Shown here: piece after piece, positions 1-12,109 of the stretch
How the letters are laid out: each line of letters starts with the position of its first letter
Position numbering within the stretch: the stretch's first letter is position 1
Assembly (NCBI GenBank): GCA_951406725.2
Contig: OX597833.1
Location: 24,428,001-24,492,000 of the forward strand
Direction: 5' to 3'
DNA from: Octopus vulgaris
Lineage: Eukaryota
DNA length: 64,000 bases
Program-made: the position numbers and the translations under genes
The notes under the pieces: generated by a model
What the model was told of the DNA's origin: nothing
The model's database searches: none
Seen by the model: the letters and a program-made list of their open reading frames with translations, nothing else

Positions 1-475
1 CAACAGAAAAAAGATGGTATAGGCACACACCAATACACACAGATAGAGAAATTAAGGCCAACAGACCAGATATAGTTGTCAGAGATCATGAAGAAAAAAA
101 TGCTTTCTAATTGATGTATAAATACCAGCAGATGACAACGTGGCTCTAAAAGAAATGGAGAAACTTTCAAAATTCAAAGACCTGGAAATAGAGGTAACCA
201 GAATGTGGAATCTAAAAACAGAAACAATTCCTATCATAGTAGGTGCATTAGGCATGATAAAAAAATATTCAGACAAATACATAACAAAAACACCAGGACT
301 TACAAACACATATAACACAGAAAATTGCACTACTAGGCACTGCACACATCCTACGCAGAACACTTTCAATACAGTAACCATCAGAGCATCACAACAAATC
401 ACAGCACATACCCAAGGCACACAGAGCTGTGCTCGGCAGTGAAGTGAAAGCACGCTATAAAAATAAAACTACTGA
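1..475 (+). mobile_element. 3' end of R4/Dong-like non-LTR retrotransposon (restriction-like endonuclease domain plus 3' UTR), disrupted
   Basis: Translates to IHTDREIKANRPDIVVRD...LIDV*IPADDNV...EKLSKFKDLEIEVTRMWNLKTETIPIIVGALG (RLE PD..D motif), with a stop and frameshift. Homologous to 47703-48383. Ends directly in a (TAA)n tract. Confidence 0.85.
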
Positions 476-478
476 ATA

Positions 479-520
<42 letters not shown>

Positions 521-548
521 GTAATAATAAAAAAAAATAATAATAATA

Positions 549-607
<59 letters not shown>

Positions 608-609
608 AA
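476..609. repeat. Compound (TAA)n/(GAT)n microsatellite
   Basis: Direct inspection. Confidence 0.95.
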
Positions 610-826
610 TAATCCTTTGTACTATAGGCACAAGGAGCCTGAAATTTTTGGAGAGGGGACTAGTCAATTACATCGACCCCAGTGTTTCACTGGTACTTAA
701 CTCATCGACCTCGAAAGGATGAAAGGCAAAGTCGTCTCTGCGGAATTTGAATTCAAAACGCAGCTGCAAACGAAATATTGCTAAGCATTTCGCCCGGCTT
801 GCTAACGATTCTGTCAGCTCGTTGCC

Positions 827-829
<3 letters not shown>
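610..829 (-). mobile_element. SINE family A (tRNA-like head; central GGTCGACTTTGCCTTTCATCCTTTCGGGGTCGATAA..AGTACCAG domain)
   Basis: Matches more than 20 other copies in the window (e.g. 41339-41572). Has GGCGAGCTGGCAGAA head and GTTCAAATTCC B-box on the minus strand. Confidence 0.85.
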
Positions 830-867
<38 letters not shown>

Positions 868-868
868 T

Positions 869-2140
869 AATTCTTTTATTGGCAACAAGGGCTGACAAAA
901 ATTAATTATAACACAAAGGGACAAAACAGGACGAAAGGTTACAAATGGTTTTGTCCGTTTGTAAAAAAACCGTGTAAAAACAGTGTAACAACGAAAAATT
1001 ATAACAACGAAAAACTCCCAATAGAGGGAGGCGTTACGAAAGGTTATTGGTGGAAAAACCCATAAAAGCCAATGGGGAGCCTGGTCAAAAAGGGGGGTAT
1101 AGAGCCCCTTACTCCTTTTGTAATACCTTTTTAAATTACAGGTGTATTCTTAGAATGGCTTCTTTCACACTGGCCATTCTTGCGACATTTATCCACCTTT
1201 CAGTAAACTTGCTATCGGACAGCACTTCCCTCTCTACTCTCACCTTCCTTTTCAAGTGAAACTTGAAAAAGTTGATGAGGCCTAGGCCAAAGAGGAAAGT
1301 GTCTGACCTTAGCCCTTTCAAACGGGTCCACCATACCACCTCTTTCGCTACAGCCACTAGGCAAAGGAAAACTGCCTTGCCCTCCCGGTTAAAGGAGGTC
1401 GGCAGGGCAATCTTCACTATGGATTCAGCTGATAGCCGGATCTGTCCTATACGCGACAGTAGCTGTTCGACATAAACCCATAGTTCAGCAATACTCGGAC
1501 ACTGGACGAGAGCGTGCAGAACGGTTTCGTCGTCCTGGCAGCACCTCGGGCAGGCCCGGCTGACGGCACTTCCGTGCCGGTAGAGTTTATCTCGAACAGG
1601 CAGAGCCCCTCGGTAACACTGCCAGGCGAGGGACCTCTGGAAATTATCAATTGGCCCCGGCCCGAAAGTCCTTCCGAACAGACTGCTCAGCTCGTTATCG
1701 TCAACGCCTAGAACGTCGTCGCACTTTTCTTCCACTAACCCTCTATAGAACGCTAGAGTGGAATTACTACCGATCGCATTTCCCGCTTGGCGGAGGGCGG
1801 AGAGAGCTTGACGGCACTCGAGGTGCTAAGCGCCCTTTCTCGGTCTGCATTTGATCCAGGTCTGCAGCTCTGTCAAAGAGACGAGCTGCGGAAATCGCGT
1901 CTGACAAAAGACGACCACACCTGTTCACCGTCTAGGAAACGCTTGTGATGCCGTAGCCTGAGCGCATGTCTGCGCATCAGTAACCACGGCATGCTAAGGC
2001 CTCCGTTCAGCGGTCGTTGACAGCAGATGGATCGCCTGACCAATGGTACCTGACCCTTCCACAAAAAGTCGAAGAGCAAGCGTACCAGCTTGGCGAACCA
2101 GCGTTCGGATAAGGGACGACGGTCAAGCGGTAATAGTAAT
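869..2140 (-). mobile_element. 5'-truncated Tx1/L1-clade LINE fragment (post-RT region, zf-RVT CCHC finger, 3' UTR)
   Basis: LFDFLWKGQVPLVRRSICCQRPLNGGLSMP (L1/Tx1 post-RT motif) and AWQCYRGALPVRDKL...CPRCCQDDETVLHALVQC (CCHC finger, ORF 1136-1735). Frameshifted. 3' UTR ends AATAAAAGAA then (ATT)n. Confidence 0.85.
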
Positions 2141-2706
2141 ATCGCCAGTTAAATTTCGTATGACTACTTTTGATTTTACGATAAACCACTGGCTTATATT
2201 GTTGGTGTATATTTTGACTTAAATGTCGCCTTTATGTGTATTGCAGTTCAAATGTTTAAAGTTTTTTTCTCCGCTGTGAAACATAATGAAAATTAAAAAT
2301 GAGATCGTGTTTAAACTAACTTATAAGTTTAGCGTTAAATGATTCTGAGGTTTCCCTCTAACTCTTCGCTCCTTTTCACCACTATTAAAAGATAAGTTAA
2401 AGGGGGACAAAACGCAAAGAGAATCGATCCTATTTAATTTTTAATTGATATAAACTAATTTCAGGTTCTCTATTGATGTTGTACTGACGAGCTCAGAATG
2501 AGGGCGAAATAGCGCTACCTTCAACTACTACAACTAGATGAATATCCAATAAATGAATTTTATGGAAATATGGAAATACACTCTTTCACGAATAGGAAAA
2601 AGTCCTTTCAAGATAAGGAAAAACAAAACAAAAGATAACATATGAACCCTGAAGCGGTTCTCTCTCTTCAAGGATAATTTTCACCCTCTATGTCATATGA
2701 TAGTCT

Positions 2707-2748
<42 letters not shown>

Positions 2749-3507
2749 CTCTCTCTGTCTCTCTTATGTAATAATAAGTAACATAAAGTGTATGCCTGGC
2801 GAAGTAGCCACGTGTATATTTGAAATAGTTAACTGCCAATAATTTCAAAATTCGGGCTAGAAATAAACTGAGTATTTGAAAAGGATCAGAGAGAAAGAGG
2901 AAACAGAGAAAAACCTACAATAAAGACAAAGGGAACAATAAGTAAATGTGAAGAAGAGTAGAGAAGGATTGAGAAAGAGACAAGCTTTATGTAAATCGCT
3001 ACAATAGCAACATTAGATACAAGGAGCTTTAAAGAGAAAAGAATATTTAGTTAAGTGATAGGAGGAGTGAGAAAGCGATTAAGAGTGTCTAAGGTTTCTA
3101 ACTACATAATTTACTACCAGAATGTAGAGCAACACAAACGGAGAAAAGAAAGAAAGAAGATTGAATTTGGGATTACAGGTATTTCGTAAGTAGAGAATTA
3201 GGAAGCAGAAAGGCATATTACAGAGAACGGGAGACATTCAGGAGAAATGCTTATATTTATGAGATATTACGTCATGTAGTGTAAAAGTGAATAAAGCAGG
3301 TTTTTATTTACATTATAAATATGATTTATAATGTAAATAACTGATTGTGGCCATCAGAAATAAAGTAAATGAGACGGTTGAAAGTATTTATGTTTTCAGA
3401 GTTTTCATCTGTCATCTCTGTTGTTTTGTAAAAGGAACATAAATAATTATCCGTAGATATTAGCTGGAATTTCACCAGTTTGGATAACCTTCATAATGTT
3501 GTATTAA

Positions 3508-3655
3508 CCCGTTTTAACCGATTTTAACCCTGTCGAAAATTTGAATATTGTTATATAAATAGGGATAACAAACATGGAAGCATCCACTTAACTTTTATTG
3601 CAGTGAATAAACCAAATACAACTGTCCTCGAACGAGGACAGTGGGTTAATATGGG
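3508..3655. mobile_element. piggyBac-like MITE
   Basis: TTAA|CCCGTTTTAACC ... GGTTAATATGGG|TTAA imperfect TIRs flanked by TTAA. Internal perfect hairpin ACTGTCCTCG-AA-CGAGGACAGT (3621-3642). Confidence 0.55.
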
Positions 3656-3740
3656 TTAACATATACTTTCGAGGATATAATTAATTTTGATTATATTTAT
3701 TTTGCAAGATTTTTGATGTGAAATCGTGTGTTGAAACAGA

Positions 3741-3797
3741 CATTGTTGTATTTAGGAAGGGTCATTTTGCCAGTTTAGCCAATAAAAATACACGCAC

Positions 3798-3873
<76 letters not shown>

Positions 3874-4281
3874 GTGGGTGTAAATACATGAACAAAATAA
3901 GAATAAACAAGAATAAACAAAAACAAAAACAAATTACACGAACGTATAAAGACAGGAGATACAAATATTACAGGCATCTCCCCCACCACCACACACTAAC
4001 TAAACACAGACGCACATAGAGGTATACACATGCGCAAATGAAGACACATACAATAGAAATACAAAATGGCTGAGGGTTAGTAAGGAGAGACACAAATAAG
4101 AAAGAAGAAAGCAAAGGACCACTGATGCGGTCACGAGAGTGTGACGAAAGAACTCTGGCCGAAATAAGATTAAGATTAATGTAAAAAATAAATAACGCTG
4201 AAGCAAAGTAGCACCAAATATATAGTGCGTGTGTTTTATTGGCTAAACTGGCAAAATGACCATTCCTAAATGCAACAATAT
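3741..4281. repeat. ~55-bp inverted repeat pair (3741-3797 / 4226-4281) enclosing (TAA)n and a degenerate HHR-like motif
   Basis: ATTGTTGTATTTAGGAAGGGTCATTTTGCCAGTTTAGCCAATAAAAATACACGCAC and its near reverse complement. Confidence 0.8.
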
Positions 4282-4298
4282 TAATTTTGATATTTTAT

Positions 4299-4916
4299 AT
4301 ATTTGATATGAGTTCTTGGTTTTGATTGTTTAAGCATAGTAGAAGCTGAGAAAGGAGCGAAGAAGAAGAAGAAGAAGAAGAAGAAGAAGAAGAAGAAGAA
4401 GAAGAAGAAGAAGAGTGTGTAGGAAAAGAAGAGGAAAAATAATAAAAAATGCGCGAGTGGTATGACAGTAGTAGGATGTTGGTGGAATCCTCTTAAATGG
4501 TCTTGTGACTTAAAAGTAGTCAGTGCATTAGTAAAGAATCATATTTTATTACAAAATATAAACCCCTTCTGAATGCGTCCATCACAAATGACGCTATTAC
4601 AAGGGCCTTAGAATAATACCCACCCAAATATTAAAAACGATATAGTCAGAGCAGTCACTACCCATAAATATATTCAGAACAATTCCAATCACTACTATTA
4701 CAAACGCAGCAGGTCACTTTTAGGTTACTTGACCATTTAAGAGGATTCCACTAACATCCTAAAGCAGTCATTTCACTCACGCATTTCTTCTTCTTCTTCT
4801 TCTTCTTCTTCTTCTTCTTCTTCTTCTTCTTCTTCTTCTTCTTTTTCTTCTTCTTCGTCGTCGTCGTCGCTGCTACTGTGCTTAAACAATCAAAACCAAG
4901 AACTCATATCAAATAT
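4299..4916. mobile_element. Foldback/MITE-like element with ~210-bp inverted repeats containing (AAG)n/(CTT)n
   Basis: 4299-~4517 is the approximate reverse complement of ~4716-4916. Spacer ~200 bp. No clear TSD. Confidence 0.65.
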
Positions 4917-5132
4917 TAGGACTACTACTACCTGCTACCAAGATCTCACATGAGTAAAAAAAAAAAGAGAGACAGAGACAGAGAGGAAAAAAGGAAAATG
5001 TCCCTTGCATTTGAAAACTCTGGAAATATTCAAAAACAACATTTCATTTATTTTTTCCACAATTTAATTGTTTTTCATGCTTTTCTCTAAGTTGAAAAAG
5101 TCAGAAGGCCTGAAATGGGTACTGAAATAATC

Positions 5133-7044
5133 GGTTAATATAGGGCGTTACGATTATCAGAAAATCAAAAAAAAATGTGTGTAATAGGTGTAAAACAACT
5201 TCCTATGAACGAATATGAAAAAAAAATTCGCGCACGCGAAAGGGGGGTGGGGGAGAGGCCTCGGAAAATTCACATCGGGAAGTTCCGAAAGCGTCTGAGG
5301 AGCTGACCCGGGCACCAAAACAAAAAAAAAATAGTGTAATATGTGTAAAACAACTTGCTCTAAACGAATATGACAAAAAAAATGCGCTCTCGCGAAAGAG
5401 GGGTGGGGGAGAGGCATCGGAAAATTTATATCGGGAATTTCCGAAAGCGTCTGAACCGGGCACAAAAACAAAAACAAAAACAGCGTAATAGGTGTAAAAC
5501 AACTTGCTCTAAACGACTATCATGAAAAAAATGCGCGCTCGCGAAAGGGGGTGGGGGAGAGGCTTCGGAAATTTCACATCTTCAGTCCACGGCCTTTAAA
5601 CTAAGAAAAAATAGTGTAATTGGTGTAAAACTACTTGTTCTAAACGAGTATCAAGAACACACACTCACACATGAATCATAAAATCATATTTCGCAAAAAA
5701 AAAAATAAATAAAGAGAAGAAATTCTGGAAAAAGTGAAGAAATGTTGGATCTCATTCCTTAGTTAAAGCTATTTTAAACATTAAATTTATGCTTTTCTTT
5801 GAAATAGTTCAGATATATGCAATTCTTCTCACTTATTAAGATGCATTTATCAGAAAAAATTATTATTTTGTGTCAATCCTTCCCTAATTATCCTTTATTA
5901 ATTAGTTTTGGCGTTTATTTTTTTCCCAAATTTATTTTTTCACCTTTACAACACTGTTTAGTAAAGCAATTAATTATCTTTATAATTTGCATATTTGACT
6001 TATTAATCAAAATTCTCTAGATGTAATATATACTAAGTAATGCATCCTTCATTTATGTGTTCCGTTCTGTATTATGCATGCGTGACTGTTTGTATGTAAG
6101 TGTGTTTAACTGTGCACATGAATGTGAATATTAAAGAACATATTTATTTACTATGATTGTTATTTTCAGAACAAATAAATCTTTTGGCTGTTATGTTATT
6201 GATGTTATTATTATTGCTAGTTAAAGGGTGGTGACTTGGCTGAATATTTTGAGTCTTGTAGTATGTAGTTGTGTTAGTCAATATTCTGAGTTCAAATCCA
6301 ACTCATTTCTTTATCATCATTATCGATGGACCACTCAAAGAGGTATGTATACATTATCATTTTCGTAACATAATTTCTGTAGTATTTCAAGATGTTTCTG
6401 ACACGTATTTTGATTCACATAGCGGAGATCCAACATTTCTTCACTTTTTCCAGAATTTCTTCACTTTATTTTTTTTTTTTTGCAAAATATGATTTTATGA
6501 TTCATGTGTGAGTGTGTGTTCTTGATACTCGTTTAGAACAAGTAGTTTTACACCAATTACACTATTTTTTCTTAGTTTAAAGGCCGTGGACTGAAGATGT
6601 GAAATTTCCGAAGCCTCTCCCCCACCCCCCTTTCGCGAGCGCGCATTTTTTTCATGATAGTCGTTTAGAGCAAGTTGTTTTACACCTATTACGCTGTTTT
6701 TGTTTTTGTTTTTGTCCCCGGTTCAGACGCTTTCGGAAATTCCCGATATAAATTTTCCGAGGCCTCTCCCCCACCCCTCTTTCGCGAGAGCGCATTTTTT
6801 TTGTCATATTCGTTTAGAGCAAGTTGTTTTACACATATTACACTATTTTTTTTTGTTTTGGTGCCCGGGTCAGCTCCTCAGACGCTTTCGGAACTTCTCG
6901 ATGTGAATTTTCCGAGGCCTCTCCCCCACCCCCTTTCACGTGCGCGAATTTTTGTTTTCATATTCGTTCATAGGAAGTTGTTTTACACCTATTACACACA
7001 TTTTTTTTTTGATTTTCTGATAATCGTAACGCCCTATATTAACC
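5133..7044. mobile_element. Non-autonomous long-TIR DNA transposon (Merlin-like or Foldback-like) with 8-bp TSD
   Basis: ~620-bp near-identical TIRs (5133-5753 / 6425-7044) starting GGTTAATATAGGGCG, with internal ~150-bp subrepeats. Flanked by the exact direct repeat AAATAATC (5125-5132, 7045-7052). No transposase inside. Confidence 0.85.
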
Positions 7045-7429
7045 AAATAATCTTCATAATAAAAGTATTTTAGCATTTTCTACCTTGTCTTATTTTGCTT
7101 ATATATATGTATATGTATGTATGTGTGTATGTATGTATGTATATATATATATGTATATATACACATATACTTTTCACACACACCACACACAGGCACACAA
7201 CACACATACATGCACGTACATGCACACACATACACACACGCACACATACACACACACGCACATGCACACGCACACACGCACACATAAACACACACATACA
7301 TACACACGGACATACACACACACACAACTTGCGCGCACGCACATACCTCATTCTCTTAAATTCTCCTCTCTTGGAAAGAACTTTTTCTTCACCCATTCCC
7401 CTCCGGTCATTTCAAAATGTAACCATATA

Positions 7430-7588
7430 GGAATCTGTCTTCCTTCCTATTGGTCTTTCTTCTGTTTCCGAAAAAGAGCGTTGCTCGAAACGTTAAACCA
7501 TCTTTCTTTCCTTCCCTGAGTGTCTGCTAATACTTTATATGTATCACATCCTCGCGTTGATTTTTTGTGTTTGTTCTTTTTCTGGATT

Positions 7589-7592
<4 letters not shown>
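7430..7592 (+). mobile_element. HHR family 2 repeat, degenerate copy
   Basis: TGTTTCCGAAAAAGAGCGTTGCTCGAAACGTTAAACC, homologous to 34745-34950 and 58540-58742. Core mutated. Confidence 0.65.
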
Positions 7593-7661
<69 letters not shown>

Positions 7662-7662
<1 letters not shown>

Positions 7663-7890
7663 CTTTACTACCCAAAAGGGGCTAAACACGAAGGGGACAA
7701 ACAAGGATAGACAAACGGATTAAGTCGTTTACATCGACCCCAGTGCGTAACTGGTACTTAATTTATCGACCCCGAAAGGATGAAAGGCAAAGTCGACATC
7801 GGCGGAATTTGAACTCAGAACGTAACGGCAGACGAAATACGGCTACGCATTTCGCCCGGCGTGCTAATGTTTCTGCCAGCTCACCGCCTT
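7662..7890 (-). mobile_element. SINE family A, full length, with Tx1-like tail
   Basis: Near-consensus copy between (TA)n tracts. Confidence 0.9.
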
Positions 7891-7893
7891 TTC

Positions 7894-7947
<54 letters not shown>

Positions 7948-8282
7948 AGGCGTTGGAGCAGCTGTGTGGTAAGTAGCTTGCTTACCAACCACATGGTTCC
8001 GGGTTCAGTCCCATTGCGTGACACCTTGGTCAAGTGTCTTCTACTATAGCCTCGGGCCGACCAAAGCCTTGTGAGTGGATTTGGTAGACGGAAACTGAAA
8101 GTAGCCCGTCGTATATAAGTATATATATGTATGTGTATGTTTATGTTTGTGTGTCTGTGTTTGTCCTCCCTACATCGCTTGACAACCGATGCTGGTGTAT
8201 TTACGTCCCCGTAACTTAGCGATTCGGCAAAAGAAACCGATAGAATAAGTACTAGGCTTACAAAGAATAAGTCCTGGGGTCA
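7948..8282 (+). mobile_element. SINE family C (tRNA head, CORE-like CCTTGG(G/T)CAAGT, internal TA/TG microsatellite)
   Basis: Homologous to 62322-62484 plus 63928-64000. A/B-box-like head (GGTTCAGTCCC). Confidence 0.85.
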
Positions 8283-8303
8283 ATATATATATATATATAT
8301 ATA

Positions 8304-8660
8304 TATCTAGATAGTGGACGCTTTTATTTCTAATTTTTACTTATTTACTGAATTTTAACGTGATTTAATATATCGCATTAAGTTTCATTTCACCTTCTTC
8401 CTTTATATGTATGTATATCTGCATATGTTTTCCAACCTTTTTTTGTATGACACGCCTTGTATGCGTGGGCCCTAATTACTATTAAAGAAAAATGTGGCTA
8501 TTGCTAGCCAAAATAAGGAAAATACGTACATATATATCTATCTATATATATATACATATAAAGGAAGAAGGTGAAATGAAACTTAATGCGATATATTAAA
8601 TCAGGTTAAAATTCAGTAAATAAGTAAAAATTAGAAATAAAAGCGTCCACTATCTAGATA
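8304..8660. repeat. ~108-bp near-perfect inverted repeat (8304-8412 / 8552-8660) beside (TA)n
   Basis: TATCTAGATAGTGGACGCTTTT...CCTTTATATGTAT and its reverse complement, about one mismatch. Confidence 0.9.
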
Positions 8661-10405
8661 GATTCAGAGTCTCACGACTGAGATGACGTACAAAATAACT
8701 GCATTATCCTACTTCTCCCCTGAGCTTCTTTGAGTTTGACAAAACCATCAGCTCTCTCACATCCTGCACATAGTAGTTTATTAACTACATATATAGACTT
8801 GCGTTTTTTCATTAGCAGATTCAGTTATGGGTTTGATAAATTCTTACTCGTATTTCTATGTCAGTTAGCACAGTATTTTCATCGTGTTCTTCAGTTCAGT
8901 CAGTTTCTTCATCAGGTTCGCTCACCCGACTCAAAAACCAGACTTGTCTCCATGAGGAACCCATATTTACTCACTTTTCTCACGCTTTATGTTCTTGTTG
9001 AGTTTTCACCCTTGTAACTCCAGCTCCTTTCCAATGTCGCAAGACCATCAAGAGAGGCATTGCGGATTGTAGCTTATGGCCACTCATAAATCGAAAATAT
9101 GTAATCAGTTAAAATGCCCACTCAAGTAATGGTAGACTCTCAAACATTTCAAAAGCTTTTCCTAAGACGTTCTTCAGTAAAACTAGAACAAAAGTACTTT
9201 TTTCACGAGCAATCCAATTAAAGTCAGATAATATAAGTATTAATAATGCTAATAACAATAATGATGATGATGTTGATGATAGTGGTGATGGTGTTGGCTC
9301 CAGAAGACAAACTTTTGAAAGAGTGAACAGCTGGTTCTATCGATTTAGTATTTGTATTACCAACTTTATATTTCTAGCCTTGAATGATGATGGGTAAAGC
9401 CGAATTTGCTTAAATTTGAACACTGAGCGTAAAGAGGGTAACTTAACACCGCAATGCATTTCACCACTCTACAAATACTGCCATATGGTACCCCAATAGT
9501 AACAACAATAATAAGTTGCCAACTCATCACAGCAACATTGACGTACATTGGAAAAAAAATTCTGTTCAATTCTTCACATTAATTAGCAAAATAAATTGCC
9601 TTTCTCTACACCAACTGTTAAGAATTCCTTATCAAAACTATTCCTTTTTTTCCAATTCCCGTGAGAGTAACGTTACTCATGTTAGAAATCTTTGAGAAAG
9701 CTATATTAAAGAGAATGAGAGACAGGGTAGATGAGACAGAGTGAAGGGTGAGACAGAGGGTGAGAGAAAAGTGAGAACGGAAAGATTGTGCGAAGTGAAC
9801 ATTGTTTTTGTACTATATACACAGAACATCTTTCTTGAATAATAAATCTCTGTGTGTCAAAGCTTTGCCTTGAACAAGTTACCATTTGCCTGTCAGTGTC
9901 ATATCGTTGTTACCAATGCAAGATTTGTTTACAGAAATCTGTTGCTAAAATTCCTTCATTATTTACAACTTGTATACAATCTATATATATGTGTGTGTGT
10001 GTGTGTTTGTATTTGTCAAGAGAGCCAGGATTTATCAGTAACAGATTACATCTTTCTTGCTGAACAACATACGACATGATTTTTTTTTCTTTCTTTGTAT
10101 TTCTTGTTGTTGCTGCTAATGTTAATGTTGCTGGATTGGTGGTCTGGTCATAAAAATCCTATATCACTTTTTAAAGTGGATGAGAGGAAATTGAGATTTT
10201 GTGTGTGATACTCATACACTCCTCAAAGACATTGGCAAGAGCTGCCTACCGATGATGAACGACAACCGCTTTATTGCTGCTCCGTCTCCAAGCAGAGATT
10301 TATAGTTCTTCACTTTCTTATGGCGAAATCAAATTTAAAATGAGCCTGAAAGTCAAATGAAGCGAAGTTTCATTATTGGTATTTCCAGTGGCATTAATCG
10401 TCCAA

Positions 10406-10668
10406 ATAAAATAAAAAATAAATGCGCCCTTTTAAAGTCTAGCCAGGCTCATGGGCTTGGTTTCCCGGTTTCAATTGCGTATATATTCCCCAGCTGAACA
10501 GGACGCCAGTCCATCGCAACGTTACTCATTTTTGCCAGCTGAGTGGACTGGAGCAACGTGAAATGAAGTGTTTTGCTCAAGAACACAACGCGTCGCCCGG
10601 TCCAGGAATCGAAACCACAATCTTACGATCATGATGCTGACACCTTAACGACTAAGCCACGCCTCCAC
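10406..10668 (-). mobile_element. SINE family B (tRNA-derived), full length with TSD
   Basis: Reverse complement of 21503-21766. TSD AATCGTCCAA at 10396-10405 and 10669-10678. Confidence 0.9.
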
Positions 10669-12109
10669 AATCGTCCAACTCTACAATCGTCCAATTGAAA
10701 CTAAATTTATTGTTGTTTTTTGGCCTTTAGTCAGCTAGGAAGCCGTGAATATCTTATCTCGAGCCAGTACCTCACCGGTAATTATTTTATCAACCCTGAA
10801 GGATGAAGAGAAAAGCCAACCTATTCACTGCACCAACCAAGTACAACTCAGAGATTGTCTTAAGAGTTGCATTCCCATATATAGCCATCTAACATAATGG
10901 TTCTCAAGCTGACAAATACTAGCTCCAGCAAGATATCAATTACTTCAACTTCACTTTTTACTAATGAGAATACAAAATAGGGTTTACATCCATATAAGCT
11001 TTCTTCCTGTGTCATAGAATTCGACAAGATTAAAATGCTTATTTGTTGTTGTCTAAATTGTATTAAATGCGGTAACTTATCTGCCCTCCTTTACAAACCT
11101 CAAAGCTACCCTTCGCTATGAGAAACACTGAAGTAACACACCTATAATCATAGGTGATCAATCATGTCCACCTCAGGCACCGATCAATCATATTCACTTC
11201 GATCAAAGATGAATTATGTCTACCTCATCGGGGTCTACGCTGTCAAATGTCGTCATTTTTTTTTTTGGACGGTGGGACTCGATTTAATATGTGTTCACCC
11301 AATATGGCTGACGAGAGAATGAGACTAATAAATCGGAAATACCTCAGTGAAGATGATTCCAGACGAGATATGAGTTACAAGAAGAAAGACAGATAACGAA
11401 AAAGCTTGTAACGATATACCTCAACACAATTTCTCCAATGCCTTATCAATTCTGCTACTGCACTATACTAAAACAAAAAGCATATAAAAATCTGATCCAA
11501 GGTTTCTCTCTCCGTATCACGCCCTGGTCGCTGATCGTTGAAATGACGTCACGATGACGTCAGCTTGAGCTACAATGACGACTGAAATAAACCCGTTTAG
11601 GTGTTCGACAAAAATCCGTGCCGAGATAACATATTGCTGCATCGTATAAGGTGTAAACAGCAACAGGACGTGAAGGTGTTGGTACTTCGATTCGATATCA
11701 TATGTCAATTTAAACTGGTATCTCAGTTTGTTTATACACACACACAAAAACATACATATACTTGTGCTTGCGTGAAAGCATGAATTTGTGTGTATGTGTG
11801 TGTATGTACATACATATACGTATACGTACGCACACACACACACAAACACAAATACATATGCATATATATACACACACAAACACACATTAGAGGTAGTAAA
11901 TTGGCAGAAACGTTAGAGCGCTGGATAAATTGCCTTGCGATTCCTACTCTGAATCTCGGAGTTGCCAATTCCCCTAAAAGTCACCTTCGAATCTCACGTC
12001 TTCGGTATTGATAAAATAATACAACTCAAGTACTGAAGTTCATTGTTTATTTTTTCATGTATGAATTGTAATTGACATTACTGCAGTTATATCTTTATAT
12101 ACCGTGATA

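Noticed and set aside
2900-3300. Possible Penelope C-terminal relic on the minus strand
   Set aside because: Too degenerate to support by eye.
5157-7073. Mirror-image ORFs (5157-5502 -, 6675-7073 +)
   Set aside because: Artefacts of the long TIRs; no transposase motifs.
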